Source of the DNA: Rhizodiscina lignyota | Taxonomy: Eukaryota | NCBI GenBank assembly: GCA_010015805.1 | Contig: ML978128.1 | Location: 1,364,001 to 1,428,000 of the forward strand | Reading direction: 5' to 3' | DNA length: 64,000 nt | In this document: positions 12,493 to 23,900 of the stretch, one piece after another | Layout: each line of letters opens with the position of its first letter | How positions within the stretch are numbered: position 1 is the first letter of the stretch | Notes under the pieces: model-generated | Seen by the model: only the letters and a program-made list of their open reading frames with translations | Told to the model about the DNA's origin: nothing | Database searches by the model: none | Program-made: the position numbers and the translations under genes

Positions 12493-14090
12493 ATGCCGTA
12501 CAATACTCGTCGCAAGTCTCTCTCCCTCCCATCCCTTGGTATCCACCTTCCAACCGGATCGCGCGCTGCAAATCGCTCACCGCCTACCACCTCCGCCATG
12601 TCACCGCCTGAAACTACGCAACAACCACCACCAGCGAAGAAGGTCAAGCGGTCGCATACCTCTGCCTCAACGTCACCGACGCCGACAAGCCCTTCTCGCC
12701 CTTCTGCGATCAGATTTCGAGATGACGAGCCCAAGAGCGCTTCAAGGATGGCCGAAAACACACCGCCACCCTCGCCGGGCGAGCACGGCGTCACGAAGAT
12801 AGACACGCAAGGCATAGACGACGAGATTGTCGTTGCTGTGATCGAGCAGCTAGAGAAGACTGGTAACAGGCCGCATCTGTTGAAAGAGCTGGCTGCCGTC
12901 TTGTCGACGCAGCTTGCCATCGTCGAGAGGTACGTCTACAGCCCAACCACCCCAGTTTGCAACTCCTACTTTCCCAATCCCCTTAATTCGAATGCAACAT
13001 AGACATGGATGTTAACTATTTTGGCAGCTCAGCAAACCAGTCAGCGATCATCTCCTCCCGTCTCACCACCTATCTCCGCCGGCCCTGGTCAGCTTTAAGC
13101 CCCTGTCCCGTCGGAAAGGAGCTCATTGGCACACACCCAAAGCGTATCTTCTTCTACCTCAGCACCTGTCCCCATCAGCCGTTCCCGGACCCTGATACAC
13201 TGAACGCGCAGCAAGCTCAGCAGCGCTCCGCGACGAGAATTATCTCTCCATCGCTCTCATCAGCTTCCGGATCTGCCAATGGAGAAGACGAGCAGGAGCA
13301 AGCTGATCGCAATGCGCGATCGCGCGAGCAAATGTCGCCGTCACCAGAGCTGGATCTCGACCTCGATCTCACATCCGCCAATCTCGACTCCATTGACCTG
13401 GACATGTCGAATGACATCGACATGGATGCCGATCCTGATGTCGCGAGCCTCTCCCGGACTTACTCCGGTCGCGGTTCGCTGTCGCGTGATGGGACCCACC
13501 CCCCAACAGACTCGAACATGTCGCACAACCGCCGCGCGGTTAGCCCTCCCCTCGAAGGGGATGAGCGCGAATTCACACAGACTGCATCTGAGCTCCAAAT
13601 GCTTGTGATGCGCAAGCGCGCCGAAGAGAAGGAAGAGCGTGAGCGCCGCGCCAGCCGCGAACTCTCTCTCGCCTCTGGTTCAGCTTCCGGCACTAATAGC
13701 GCTGGCGGCCCGGCGACGCCCAATTCTGCTGGCGCTAGTGATACCGATGACGCCGATATCAAGATGGAGTCAGCATCCAACCCAGACGATGAAGACGACG
13801 GCCCGGTCATTGTCGACGAGAGCGAGGAGACTTGCGCTCTGCGCAATCACGAAGCCGCTGCTGCCCTGTTCGGCGGGAGCGGCGTCGATGTCGACATGCT
13901 GAACATCGCGTCGCCAATGCTCACTGGAAAGGTGCATTTCGCGAGCAGCCCACTCGTCAAGCCGACTATGAACGTCAGCATCACGAGCGACAAGGTGCCC
14001 GAGAAGGGGCTGAAGTGGAGCGAGCTGGAGCTCCGCAGCCCGGAGACCGTCGATCTTAACGAACTCGACGATCTGTTCGACAGCTTTTGA
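12493..14090 (+). CDS. GDS1-like winged-helix domain protein (2 exons; intron 12930..13027)
   Basis: MPYNTRRKSLSLPSLGIHLP start; DDEIVVAVIEQLEKTGNRPHLLKELAAVL…SSANQSAIISSRLTTYLRR…HPKRIFFYL block; C-terminal LRSPETVDLNELDDLFDSF. These are typical of the Pezizomycotina GDS1-like family. Intron is GTACGT…CAG. Confidence 0.8.
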
Positions 14091-15127
14091 GCTGGGTTGC
14101 TGAAAGACGCAATCTTCGATTCTGCTGCGAGTGCAGCGCGGTGCGAGATATCTGAGATATTCTCGGCCACTTCTTTGAAAGACACCTTCTTAGTCTTTGG
14201 TGCCAGAATGCAAGGACGGACAAAAGCAATCAGAAAAACTCCTCTCTCCTATCTCTCTCTCTTCTCCATTATCTAACCTCAACATGGCTCCGGCGTGGCG
14301 CTCGGTGGTCGGGCGCAAACGAGACGCGGGCGCTCTGAAGGGTGGCATTTTCGGGCATCTCTCATCTTATTCACGGCGGGGTGGGAGCAACAATTAGCAT
14401 ATTTAGAAGACTCTTTTCCGTCGTTTTTCGAAAGCGCAAGCAACGGCCTGATCTAGAATGATGTCTGTATTTCCTTTTTTTCGGTTTCTCGCTGACTTTT
14501 CCGCTGAGATATGTGGACTGTTGATGACGGCCGAGCAGGAAGCAAAAGTTGTGAATTGCTGATGTGGGGGACGTGTATGTCTAGGCTGTAGAAGTATGAT
14601 GCGTGTGCGTTGCGAGAATTTGGCGGCGAAAGAAAACAAAAGTCATTTGCGGATTGGGTGTTTCGAGGTGTGGGAGACGTGGCATTGGCGCTGAGCTGTT
14701 TGTAAGATAGGCTGAGATACATTCTGGCGAATGACTGTATAAACAAGACTACTTATGCTATGCACACTTCGACCTACATACATGTCTGCTGGTGACGATA
14801 TCTGGTGTACTGGTCATTCATGAATATGGAATGCATTGCCTCGTCAATCATGTTCAATTTAGCGGGTATAGAGCTATTATCAGCAGGCCGTCTCTCGTCG
14901 TGTAAAGCACTCCTCCACTCCTCCTACCCGTTCCCTTCGTTTTTTTCCAATGTGGGTTGGATATCAAAAAGTCGCTCTTCAAGAGTTTTAGTGCCACTGT
15001 CGGTGCTAAAGATGAAACCAACTCAGGTTCATCAAAGTATACAGCTTCGAGCGCCCTATGGTTGCTTTGACGGTCCAGTGGTCGTAAGAGAGTAGTTTTC
15101 GCTGTTCATTAATATCGCTTTTTGCCG

Positions 15128-17241
15128 TTAACCCCTCTTCCGAACTGTGTATTTCTCTTCCACGATCCGCTTCTTCCCATCTGCGTCGACCTCCTCAATG
15201 ACCCTCCTCCTGCCATTCTCATCCGTCTCATCCAGAAGCACCGTCGAGTGCGGGCGCGAGCCTCTAATCTCCCGCACCTCCTCGAACCTCTCGTCAAAGT
15301 CCCTGCGCCTTTCGACTTGCGTTCGGTCGTCGAACTCTTCGCTCCTCCGATGGTCGTCAATGCCAGGCGGCGGCAGCGCGCCGCTCATCCTCGGACCGTC
15401 ATCGTCTCGACCCCGACTCCTCGTCGGTAGCGATGCGCCACTCACCCTCGAGCCGCCGTCGTCGTCTCCGCCTCGATTTCGCGTCGGCGGCGGATGGAGG
15501 ACGTACTCTTCTGTCTCTGGGTCCATGGCGAGCAGCTCTCTTTCCAGGTCCCAGAGCGGACTTTCGGGAAGTACGCGTGTCGACACGTTTCGGCTCTTGA
15601 ATCTCGCCTTCCAGTAGATGTTTGGTCTTCCTTGCGGCCCATCTGGGTACTCGACGACCAATTTCCAGTCGTCCATGGCCTCGGGATCATACCGTCCGTC
15701 ATCCTCAACTCCCGGTCCCTTCAGGCGGATCCGCGTTCTTACAGAAGGATGCATATACTCATGCGTATTCATCAGCGGACGGTCAAGCGACTTCGTCACA
15801 TCATCCGGATCCGTAAGGAAGTACTGACCCGGCGTCCTTGTTTTACCTCCGCCAAGATTGTACAGCCCGGTCTTGGAGTCATAAATCTTGCCAAAGCCCC
15901 ACGGCCGGACGCGCTTCCGCTCATGCTTGTAATAATCGATGTTCTCCTCTTCCTGCTGGATGATGAAGTGCCGGTGAAACTCGAGGAAGGGGGTTAGCTG
16001 GGCCATCATCCATGCCAGCGTCAGGTTCGCGAGCTGCTGGTCGTCGTAGCCGCCGCCGATGTTCGAATGCACCCCGGGAAACCAGACCTGTCGCAGATTC
16101 GTTCTGTTGCCCGGCGGCTTCTCCCACACAGCGGGCGCAAACGCGCTGCGCTTCTCGTCAAGCGCGAGCGCTTGGAACGCATTCTCGATGCGGTTCGATA
16201 TCTTCGTGTCGTAGAACTGCATGCGGTCACTCTCGGCGGTCTGCAGCCCCACCTTCGTCAACCATCCCACTCTGGGGATGCCCAGCGAGCCGACTGTGTC
16301 GAACACCCCAATCGCTTTGATGCTCACGTTCAAGTCGGTCAGTCCTCTTCGATACAGCTGGTCCCGATAAGCTGGGTTTCTCGCGCTCGGCTTATTCGGA
16401 AATGGGATGTCTGGGTTCTTGGGGCGATAGTCCGGGTCGTGCTGGTGCTGGACGTCATGGAAGACTTCAACTAGTGATTGCAGCCCGCGCTTAGTGAGTA
16501 GCCCGACCTCGCTGATGAGGCCGGCGATGGAACGCGCGGTGAAGGCGCCGCGCGAGAAGCCGATTAGGAAGATCTCATCGCCGGGATCGTAGTTGTTTGA
16601 GAGGAAGGAATAACCTTCGCGGACGTTGGAGCCGAGTCCTTGGCCGGTTGTTCCTGAGAAAGAGGTCAGTATGGCCGACGCATTCAAGAGAGAAGTGGTG
16701 GTTTAGATCCAACTTTCGAGCAGAAGATAGTATCAAAGGAACCAAAGGAACCAGAGGAAAGCAAGAGAAATGATTGAAGTAATGTAGGAAGGCGCAACTT
16801 GAAATATGATAATATCCAGATTTGATGTGCATACATACCAGCTACGAAGCGATTAATTGGTAAACCTTCACTGCCAACCCCCTCTTGATAGTACACAATC
16901 TGCTGAATACCATCGCGGGTCTCGGACTTGATCGCTCTCGAAATGCGGGTGACATTGCTGGGTATAGCCAACGAGCCATTCTGCATGCCATTGTCGGAGT
17001 TCAGCCACGTGCCTGGACAATGTCAGCGGCGGCCACCCGAAGAGGAGGTTTGGAAGGAAATCAGACCGTCGCAGGCTACTATCAGTCTCTTGATCAGGCC
17101 TCTTGGAGGCCGAGCTGAGCTTGTACTGGGTGGTGGACGAGGAGAGCGCGAGGAGCGTCGAGAGTGGCTGGAGCGAGGGCGTAGGGAGCCGTCGGTTTGT
17201 TCTTCGGTGCGGGTGCGGGTTACGCGTACGACTTCGGACAT
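15128..17241 (-). CDS. DUF2235 / Tle1-like alpha/beta-hydrolase (3 exons; introns 17013..17066 and 16654..16838)
   Basis: Family motifs KRLIVACDGTW, SNVTRISRAI, YYQEGVG, GFSRGAFTARS (nucleophile elbow), GVFDTVGSLG, ALALDEKR, QVWFPGVHSNIGGG. Confidence 0.93.
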
Positions 17242-17684
17242 TTTGAGGGGTTGTGAGAGGAAGTCAATGCATGTTATAGCGAGTCCGTCAGGAAGATGGA
17301 ACTAGAAAATGTTGATGAAGCATGTAAAGTTCTTGAAGCACAAGCGGGTGAGCGGGTGGTCGCAGAATCTTGTGATACTGCAGGCGCCGGTGAAGAGCCC
17401 AACCTGGCCAGCGTCGCCAAGAGCAGGCGTGGTTGGATTGGCCACGTTCAAGGGAAATGTTTCACTGATGGTCAGATTATCTGTCACAGTGTCTGGGTCA
17501 GTCAGTTCGTTGTTCTTGGGGAGAAATTATGTAGGGTAGCAGGATCGCATTTGACCACTTGAATGTCAGCTGATCCGCTTATTCCAACTACAGCGTGATC
17601 AATTTGTACACATTCTATTTTCCCCAGTAAAGTGAGGATTGTCAGTGGCTGAAATATTTACGCCTCATGGTATGCCAGACAAGT

Positions 17685-19250
17685 TCACAATTTGGCGTTC
17701 ATATTCGCCCTTCCTTTCTTCATCTCCTCCTCCAGTACCATGCCCATCCTTCCACCGCGGCTCCCGTCGCCGGGCCAGCCTTGCCCGCCTTCTTCCACAC
17801 ATTTTGCCTTCCATGTCGCAATAGTATCTTCTGCTGGCCATGCCCACTTGTCCTTGAAGTCCTCAGGACGCTGTCCTGTCAAGCACTGTACTATCTGATC
17901 TCCAAGTACTGGCAGAAATTTGAAGCCGTGGCCGCTCCCACCTGTTGCTACGAACAAGCTCTTCTGATACCGGGGGTGGTAGTCGATGAGAAAGTCCCCA
18001 GATGGAGTATCGGCATAGTGACACAGCCGAGCAAATGCAAATTGGCGGTCTCGAATGCTTGGGATGGACTCTGGTGCGCCTTTTGGAAGGGATCCCAGGT
18101 CTGAAGGAAGAAAGTCGCGCAATGCAATGCGGCACGCCTCGATTGCCTCCATGGGAACAGACTGCGCGGCATAAGGAGCAGATGGAGCCGTATGTGGGAG
18201 AGAGACTGTCACCTTCTCGCCGGTTTCTGGATGAGAGATCGTCGTCGGGTTGCAGTATCCATATCCGTGTCGCGCGAGCTTGAGGTAATTGTGTCGGCTT
18301 GCCTCGCACGAAGACCCGGCCTCGGAGTCCCTTGGCGGCGGAGGTGGAACTACAAATAGACCTGTAGACATGTTGAGCTGTGTGGGGCATTTGGAGAGGT
18401 ATTCCTGCTCTTCTCTTGATAGCTCTACGTAGGAAAGGACCTGTCCAGTCGCGGTAACTATGCCGCGAAGGTCGACCAGGGCTGGGGACCATGCTCCAGC
18501 TGCAACAATTGTAAGCGAAGCAGTGAGTTTTGTGCCATCCGATAACACGGCCCCATCGATTCGGTTTCCGTCCGCGGATTTGATAAAGGCTTTGATGGTC
18601 CCGGTAACGAATCTTACTCTTCCCAGAGACTCGACTTGACGGCGCAAATACCGCATCGAAGCTTCAGAGTCTGCCCAGCCGCTCGTGAAGTTGATATAGC
18701 CCTGTTCGCCGCTCGAAGAACCGACTTTAGTTACTGCCCGAATCTCTTCTCTCGATCGCAGGGGCTCGAATCTCGTAGCCTGCGGAGACCCGCGCTCCTT
18801 TTCAAGCCGCTGCAAGTCTCTGACATTCGCCAAGCTCTTGGAAACGTAATCTCCATCCTTACCAGCAGACGTCAAGACAACTCCAGTCTCGTGATATCTG
18901 CCTTGCGCCCCGAAGTCTCCGCGCCAGTGGGCACGGGCAGAGAGAGCAAGCCGTGCGTAAGCTGGGTCCGCATAATCAGCGCGTATGAGCCGAGATGTAT
19001 CAATCTATGGACATTAATGTTAATCGCTGCATATAGGACATAACATGTAGCAGAAGACTGAATCTGATGAGGACAAAATACAGGGACATCGTACACTTGC
19101 GCCATCTGTCGTTGGGAACGGCCAGCGATCTACAACCGTTATATCCGCTCCCTTAAACTTTGAATCTTTGCTTAACGAGTATGCCGTTGATAGACCAAAG
19201 ACTCCCGACCCAATTATCAAGATTGACGAAGGAATTGAAACACCAGACAT
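17685..19250 (-). CDS. FAD-dependent oxidoreductase of the sarcosine / L-pipecolate / fructosyl-amino-acid oxidase family, with C-terminal PTS1 (-AKL); intron 19005..19094
   Basis: IIGSGVFGLSTA dinucleotide fold, AS|IDTSRLIRADY, RLCHYADTPSGDFLIDYHP, ATGGSGHGFKFLPVLG; ends in NAKL. Confidence 0.92.
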
Positions 19251-19620
19251 ATTAGGAGGACTTGGAAGATGATGAAATTGTGATGAAGCAAGACTGAGGA
19301 GCGTAAAGCAACGTGAGGAGCGTCCGCCAACGCAAGCAAAACACGAATCAATTCTGCGAATATATGCACTTAGGAAGAGCGTCTACCAAGCTTGATAGCT
19401 ATCGTCTTCCGGAGTTGACCTACCGGCATGCTTTATTCTTGAATAGGGCGTGAAATCCGCCCTTCGAGCGGGAAACGTCGGCAGTAAAATGTCGGCCCCT
19501 TGTCGGCGAGATCGCAGCTTCTTTCAACCTCACTTGATAGCTCCGTACTCTCTAGCGCTATACGATGCTTTACACGCATCCAACCACTGCCAATCCCTTC
19601 TGAGGAGTCACCGAAGCTAT

Positions 19621-20819
19621 ATGCTCGCCTGCAGATATGGCGGGCGATCCAGGCATCAATTGTTCTTGCTGGCGACAAGCGCTTTTCGCTCCGCCAGCAA
19701 CAAGTCCTCAAGGAGAGCACGCGATGTAGCAAAGCCACAAGGATACAAGAGACGTGAGTGGAGCATCCTGTGGTCATAGAGTGTAACTGACTTCAAATAG
19801 CTGACTCCAGACCCGACAATGCACCAAGAGCATCGGATATCGCTTCGCCAACCCCATTACCGAGATCTAAGGTCTTCATCTATGGTTTTGGGACTATAGC
19901 CTTCGTCTCCGGATTATATGTATTCCAGATATGGCACTCAGTCTCCAAGCCAGCTCAACTCAACATCGATGTCTCCCCCGATGAGCCCACGACCCCTGTG
20001 TACGACACTACAGCGCAATATTACGATTCCGCAGTAGACAGCGTCGAATACTGGCAGGGAATTACATCGCTGAGGCGCAAGCTTACGCACCAGCTTTTCG
20101 GGAATGTCTTGGAAGTCGCCGTTGGCACAGGGAGGAATAGTCAGTTTTATGAGTTGAAGAATTGCCGGAGCGTTACGATGATTGATGGGAGCGGGCCTAT
20201 GCTAGAGATCGCACGGAAGAGGTGGTCGGAACTGATGCGCTTGCCAGAATGGAGGTTAGATGCGCCTGAAAGGATTCGGAGAATTGAGATTAGACAGATG
20301 AGCGCTGATGATGAGATCCCACTTCCTGCTTCTACTGCAGCGCCGGATGGCAAGGTGATTGCTGGGTTTACTTCCATACTCAGCACTTTTAGCCTCTGCT
20401 CTCTCCCTCACCCTGCCGAGACGCTTGCACATCTCTGTACGATGCTGTCTCCACCGTCTCCCACGGCAGATCAATCTCAGCAGCCGCGCGTGTTGCTCCT
20501 GGAACATGGTCGTTCGCATTATGATTGGTTGAATCGGCTGCTGGACAATTCTGCACCTGCCCACGCAAAAGAACATGGATGCTGGTGGAACAAAGATATC
20601 GGCGCAATTGCGCAGAAGGCGGCCGATGCGGCGGGTATGGAAATTGTAAGCTTGAAGAGGAAACACTTTGGGACTACTTGGGTCATAGAGATGAGGCACA
20701 GGCCCGGTGTTTGGGAGGGGAAGCAAAAGACAAAGAGGATGGATAAAGCAACGAATTACCCTATCGGCAAGGACGAGAAGCAAGTTGAGAAACGAGCGTG
20801 GAACATTTGGCGTCGATGA
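19621..20819 (+). CDS. OMS1: Mitochondrial SAM-dependent methyltransferase, OMS1-like (2 exons; intron 19754..19800)
   Basis: Basic presequence-like MLACRYGGRSRHQLFLLATSAFRSAS, then a TM-like VFIYGFGTIAFVSGLYVF, then VLEVAVGTGRN (motif I), LLLEHGRS and HAKEHGCWWNKDI. Confidence 0.82.
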
Positions 20820-20852
20820 AAGCACCCATGACTACCTGAGCAAGGCCCTGAC

Positions 20853-22415
20853 ATGTCCTGTTATCTAGCCGACGATGCGCCGTCGCGGTAAACGGATCAT
20901 TTACTGCCCGGAAATCGCACAAAAACTACCTGCAGTACCGAAATACTTCCTCTCTCACAATCGTCGTTACGGATTTCCCAAAATCAGTTCTACCAAGCCA
21001 TCGTGTCTCAAGCTACAAGTGCAATTCCGCCAGATGCCCAGACCATTCCTTCCCAAGGCAGTTCGACCGAAGGAACAGCCCTCGATCGTTTCACTAGGTC
21101 GATTATTGAAGGGTTCTCACCATTCGCGTGCGGTGGTGGCAGCGTCCGAATCAGCGAGAATCCAGGAGCGGATATGTTTGCTAGTATTACCTCCAATTTG
21201 ACCGTCAAACCAGTCCAAATTCATTTCGGACCCAATGGATCTGGTCGTGTCTTGACTTTCCCTGCTGGTGCTGAAGATGCTGAGTCGCTCCAACACTTGA
21301 TCGGATCATGCACGGACTCCAAGCTCGACGCCTCAGCATTCGCAACGACGTTCTCGCCATATGAAACTGGTATCATTGATGCTGTGTCACAGCTCCTCCT
21401 GCCGCAAATCACAATAAAGAATGCTTCTGGCGTTAGGGCTGAGCTGTCTGAATTGAATATCCATCGCGCCCCAGGTGGCAAGTTCAAGGTGCAGGAGATG
21501 CCGGAAACCCCGACGGAGTTTGGGCTTTTGATTGTCTGTTTGCCCGTCGGACACCAAGGTTTGTGAAATCCGAAGACCCTCATAGCTACTGCATACTACT
21601 TTACGCTTCGGTCAGGCGGAGAGCTTACTATTCGACACCCTACAATGGTGTCAACCTTTGATTGGTCTCAGAAGTGCCCGGAGGAAGATTCTGGAGAGAC
21701 ACTCAGGAGAGACATCCTCGACCACCTTGACAACCCTCCGCCTCACTTGCACTGGGCTGTATTCACCTCTGAGTGCGACCATGAATTTCTCGAAGTCAAG
21801 GAAGGCACCCGCATTACCTTGACGTACAAGCTCCACGCCAGGCCTTGTCACGGCACCCTCCTCGCCGGCGGTTTATCTCCGCTCGATCCACGTCAGCTCC
21901 GGCTATATATCGACCTCAAAACAGCACTTCGCGATCCAACCTTCTTCCCTGCCGGTCGATTTCTCGGTGTGGGCCTATCTCATCGATATGGCCATACCTC
22001 TACCGAGGTCGACGCGTTTCCTAGCCTCCTCAGAGGTGCTGACATGCACCTCTACGAAGCCTGTCGCGCACTCAGGTTGGAGTGTGAATTGCTCCCCGTT
22101 GTAGAAGTTGCGTACAACGGCTCGGGATTGGAAGAGCGGCCGATCAATTTTGTCGGTGAGCGTATACACAGATATACAGAGGGTGGCTTCCTCGCTAAGG
22201 GTGCGGCGATTCCCAATATGGTGCACTCTCTGTGGAATCCCGTGGATGCCAGCGTGTTCTGGCTGCGGTATCTGAGCTGGAAGTACGAGGAACCTGCGTT
22301 CTCGTACATTGAGGAGGGTGACGAGGGGCGAGTGAGGACGGTGTCTTCGGTCATGGCGATGTTCATTCACGGCCCTTCTCTCCAAGACCGTGTGGCGCGT
22401 CTGGATTATCTGTGA
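20853..22415 (+). CDS. 2OG-Fe(II) oxygenase-fold protein with degenerate metal motif (start uncertain; introns about 20888..20935 and 21559..21615)
   Basis: PFACGG, GVRAELSELNIH, FGLLIVCLPVGHQG|GELTIRH and WAVFTSECDHEFLEVKEGTRITLTYKL match a fungal 2OG-dioxygenase-like family. No in-frame ATG precedes 21003 unless the short upstream exon from 20853 is used. Confidence 0.7.
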
Positions 22416-22830
22416 AGTAGCATGTCAGACAGGGTGGTAGATGAAGGCGTTTGAACTAGATATGTCTATACAGTTCAAGTAATAACTAAGGTTTCCTATT
22501 GTTTAATTTGAATAGAGCAGACACTTCAAGTGTTACCGAGTTCCTCGATACTATTTCCCAGACTGTGTATAATGTGTGATCAGTGAGCAGTCTAAGGCCG
22601 ACTACCCGTACAATGATACATTTCAATTGGTGGATTTCCGATATTGGCACACATGTAGCCAGATGGGCATGGCTTTAACTTTATAGATTTCCCACAGTGG
22701 GCGTGAGAGGTACTCATAGGTTCTGGTTATAATGATATGTGCGCACAGGCAACCACTACACCTTGGGCCTATACTAAGGGACTCAGAGAGACTTTACATT
22801 TGACACTTGTGTCCTGAGGACATGAACAGA

Positions 22831-23423
22831 CAGCCGCTATCCTAACTATAGACTTTACCAAGTTAGCGTAGAGGGTACACGTAGATTCTACTTATAATCG
22901 CATGCACGCTTGGAGAAGAGGAAGAATAAGATGGAGGAGTTGCCCTAGAGGGCACCAAGCCATCTAAGAAAGGCAAGGGCAAGGCCAAAGCCAAAAGCAC
23001 TGTGCTAGTAGTAGTAGCTGGTAGCGCACAGAGCGTTGCCGCCATAGCCTTAATAGTAGCAGCAGAAGAAGCAGAAGATGAGAGCCTCTGGGAAGATCCA
23101 GATGATGCCGTCGAGTACACACCCGTCGAAGGAGAAGACTTCTATGCAGATGCATTCCTCAACGACGAGCGAGACGATTTCGCGCCGGAGGCAACATCAG
23201 ACGAGGATAGAGAAGTGAGAGTAAGACATGCGTGGAGACTCCGATTATAATTGTATACGCCCTCAGACGGTCATTGTGTCTCTAGCAAATATCAAAGAAC
23301 TCAGCGACTTTTCCAACTCCCCGCGTCCAGTCCGATGGTGCAAGTAGGCAGCCGCTATCCACACTATCAAGTTGCCTAAGTTAGCGTAAGGGTTGGACGT
23401 AGATCCTGATTATAATCGCATGC
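22831..23423 (+). repeat. Pair of 75-bp degenerate direct repeats (22831..22905 and 23349..23423) enclosing a RIP-mutated coding relic
   Basis: CAGCCGCTATCC…AAGTTAGCGTA…ACGTAGAT…TTATAATCGCATGC occurs twice, ungapped, with 59/75 identity by hand alignment. Confidence 0.85.
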
Positions 23424-23900
23424 GCCTTCAATCATTCAATGCATCTCTGGCAAATATAGAAGACCTTAGATTTTAAACCTCTTGCATGCAGCTACACCAC
23501 AACTCCCTAAGTCTCGTGATAATCGCCACCGATGACGTTATCGAATGAGAACGCATTCAATTACTCACAGAATCTATTTATATCCCTTAGGCTAACTTTG
23601 GGAAGTCCATATGTTTACGACTCTCGCTATCTGAGAACCAATGAAGCACTTCAAGTGAGTGTATGTACTCTCCAAGGTCTCAACTCATCGCGTCATTTGT
23701 GGCTGTGGGAAGAGCGTGAAGTCAATTATGATTGGAATGTAGGTTGAGTATTGATATTGTCATGTGCAATTTCAGCTATTTAGCTAGGTGTATCTACACC
23801 GTTCGTCGAAACCCAGCCGTCAAGAGAAAGGAAAATTCATTCTGGAATCATTGTGTGCCTATAGCACACCAACCGCCACACCGACCGCCTCACCTCCCCG

